Positions 61,784 to 64,000 of a stretch of DNA of 64,000 nt are shown here, piece by piece. The position numbers and the translations under genes were made by a program. Source of the DNA: Phyllobates terribilis (taxonomy: Eukaryota); NCBI RefSeq assembly GCF_046119375.1, contig NW_027362769.1, positions 259,656,001 through 259,720,000 on the forward strand, read 5' to 3'. Below the pieces are notes generated by a model. The model had not been told where the DNA came from. It saw only the letters and a program-made list of their open reading frames with translations, and ran no database searches. Each line of letters starts with the position of its first letter. The first letter of the stretch is position 1.

Positions 61784-63486
61784 ATGACTGAGAGAAGGTC
61801 TGCTAGAGCAAATAAAGGGGCCAGATACAAGAAATATGTATCCAACGGCCTGCTCGACATTTTATGCAAAAAGGAAAAACCTCGTAAGTGTAAAATGAAG
61901 ACATTAAAATAATTGTACAATACAATTCCTGTAAAGGGAACCTGGTCATTAGATAAATGCTTCCCGAGCTGCAGGCAGCATGAATCAGAGCTTGGCGGCA
62001 CGACTGCAGCCAGGTAGGTTTTTCCTGAATTGCTCCGGAGACTTTTCCTTGCACCACTTTAGCTGATCGACAGGTCTCTCAAGTGTTAACATAGAGAGTG
62101 ATCTGTCAATCACCTGGAGCGACGCAGGGGAAGCCAGGAAGGTCACCGGAGGGTGGCAGGGAGACGGTCGCCTCTTTAAACTATGTGTTCTCTGAAACGC
62201 CAGACCGATTTTACAAAAAAACATACCTGGTTGTGGTCATGCAGTCAGACTCAGATTCATGCTACACCTCGTGTGGGCAGAATGAATTGAGTGACAAGTT
62301 CCCTTTAATATGGCATAAGAGCAGCCTGACAAATGCCGGATTAATAGGTATTTGCTAACATTTATTATTACCAATATAAATAGTAAAATAATCCACCAAT
62401 CCTGCGCTACATTACTAGTGCAGAGAAACGAAGAGATCAATAAGTCTAAAATAATCAATTTCATTTCATCAATCAATAAAAATAAGAAACACAATATTAA
62501 GAATATATATGGCTAAAAAACAGAGTGCCCAGTATGAGGGACTAGCCCCTGACCAGGAATACCATTATAATAAAGGCTCATAAATAAATATAACTATCGT
62601 AATATAGTATATCAGCATTTAGAGAAAACTCCCCTAAAACAAATTCTTCAACATAGTATATATGATCCGATATTTCCTGATATCGGAAGGTATCGCTCAA
62701 CACTACTAGTAATGTAACACAGAATTGGTGGATTATGAATTGGTTTGAAGTGCCATTTTTTGCATATGGATTTCCAGTTTTGATGCTAGATAACTAGTAA
62801 AATAGTTAGAAATTATTGATAAGGGGAGAAAACCTTCTGCAAGAAAGTCCAAATTAAAATATAAGCCCCAAATTGGCTGCTATAATTTCCTAAGCAGAAG
62901 GTTCTCCTAATATTCCCTATTTTCTCCACTATTAGCTGTTCGTCGTGTTGTACCAACAAATAAAAAGGAAAGAAGAACATTAAAATATTTCCAGGAACAG
63001 GCCGCCGTACTCCCTGAGATGGGAGAGCCGGCTACAGAAATAGAATATAGACTGTACTCAATGTAAGTAACCACTTGTATAGTACTAGACGTGGTGTTCC
63101 AGAGGGTTCATTTACTTATAAGTCCATGTATCCCGGATAGATGAGGTCTTGTCTCTTTATATCTTAAGTGCAAATTCTCACAGCTCTTAATTCATTAATT
63201 GTCTCATCTAAATAGAGAGGAGATTGAGGCCGAGCTCAGGAAACCAGCAATAATATTTAAGGAGCCCAGATCACCCGACCCGTGAGTTACACTCAGTGAT
63301 GGCGCCAGCCTCACACTAAAGTCATTCTTAACATCTTAACATCTTGTATCTTCATCAAGTGGAACATCAGGATTTTGGTGTTTATTTTTCAGGGCAGAAA
63401 ATCAAAAAGAGGACAACGACTCGGGCAGAGCAGCGGATAAGACCAGCAAGCCGCCCCCCAAGAAGAAAGCAAAGAAGAACCATTAG
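61784..63486 (+). CDS. Candidate spliced host gene, 128 aa; exons 61784-61883, 62936-63062, 63216-63281, 63393-63486
   Basis: ATG with A at -3, donors C|GTAAGT, T|GTAAGT and C|GTGAGT, pyrimidine-rich acceptors, compatible phases 1, 2, 2, no stops, C-terminal PPPKKKAKK, and ATTAAA at 63776. Confidence 0.55.
61935..62304. mobile_element. T2/Kolobok-type MITE in the candidate intron 1
   Basis: GTAA-AGGGAACC...GTTCCCT-TTAA. Confidence 0.7.
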
Positions 63487-64000
63487 TGATGAGGTGATGT
63501 AGAGCGCCAATATCTTTATTTTTGTGTTTATGAAGAGAGATGAGGACCACTCTATATCAGCCCTTCTAGATTGATAATTGGAGGATATAGTCACATAAAA
63601 ATATTCATAGTATGAAAATCAATAAGAACAGAATAGGTATTACACAGAAGACCAAGTGATTGGGAAACACATAAGATAATGACATTCTACATATTGTAAC
63701 AAAGGCTGACACATCACAGTGGTCAGGAATAGTACAAAGAACCATAATTAGATATTTGCAGTGCATGAAGGTTTCATTAAACTTTGTTGATCTTTTCATG
63801 TTTTCTTGTTTTAGGTGATGACTGCCCCATAATATCAGGGGTAAATGTCACGTGTCACCACCAGTCACCTACAACCAACCCCCCAGAATGAGATGCAATC
63901 CTTACTACCTGCCAACCCCCATCTAGGTCTAACTACCATCAGCTAACATCGCTTACCGCTAATTCCCACCTCCGGTAAGCAGATATGACCACCTACCCTC

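Noticed and set aside
62657-62810. Possible extra mini-exons in intron 1 of the candidate gene (62657-62689; a Trp-rich stretch near 62720-62790)
   Set aside because: The splice sites are weak or the frame contains stops. They cannot be supported without RNA data.
63382-63594. Hydrophobic 70-aa minus-strand ORF resembling a membrane protein
   Set aside because: It is better explained as the antisense of the Lys-rich plus-strand terminal exon, which has proper splice signals.

Overview
Eukaryotic, almost entirely repeat-derived DNA. The repeat inventory looks like a frog (anuran) genome; this is inferred, not proven. Target-site duplications (TSDs) resolve the window into three nested stacks. 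(1) 7.3-21.3 kb: a TTAA MITE is split by a solo LTR and an internally deleted Gypsy. The Gypsy 3' LTR carries a 10-kb hAT (ZBED-type transposase with one stop codon, 110-bp tandem array, 18S rRNA fragment), which itself holds Tc1, L1 and solo-LTR pieces. (2) 23-42.3 kb: decayed hATs, then a Penelope-like (GIY-YIG) element interrupted by a 6.6-kb near-intact, insect-like Helitron carrying a host-like CpG-rich segment, then an inverted Penelope structure with hammerhead ribozymes. (3) 47.2-60.7 kb: a hAT MITE holding a full-length decayed Gypsy and a full-length Tc1. A second Gypsy with no stop codons in the visible part runs off the left edge. The only candidate host gene is a 4-exon, 128-aa basic ORF with a C-terminal NLS at 61.8-63.5 kb, which the ORF track misses. 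No CRISPR arrays or intact tRNA/rRNA genes were seen.
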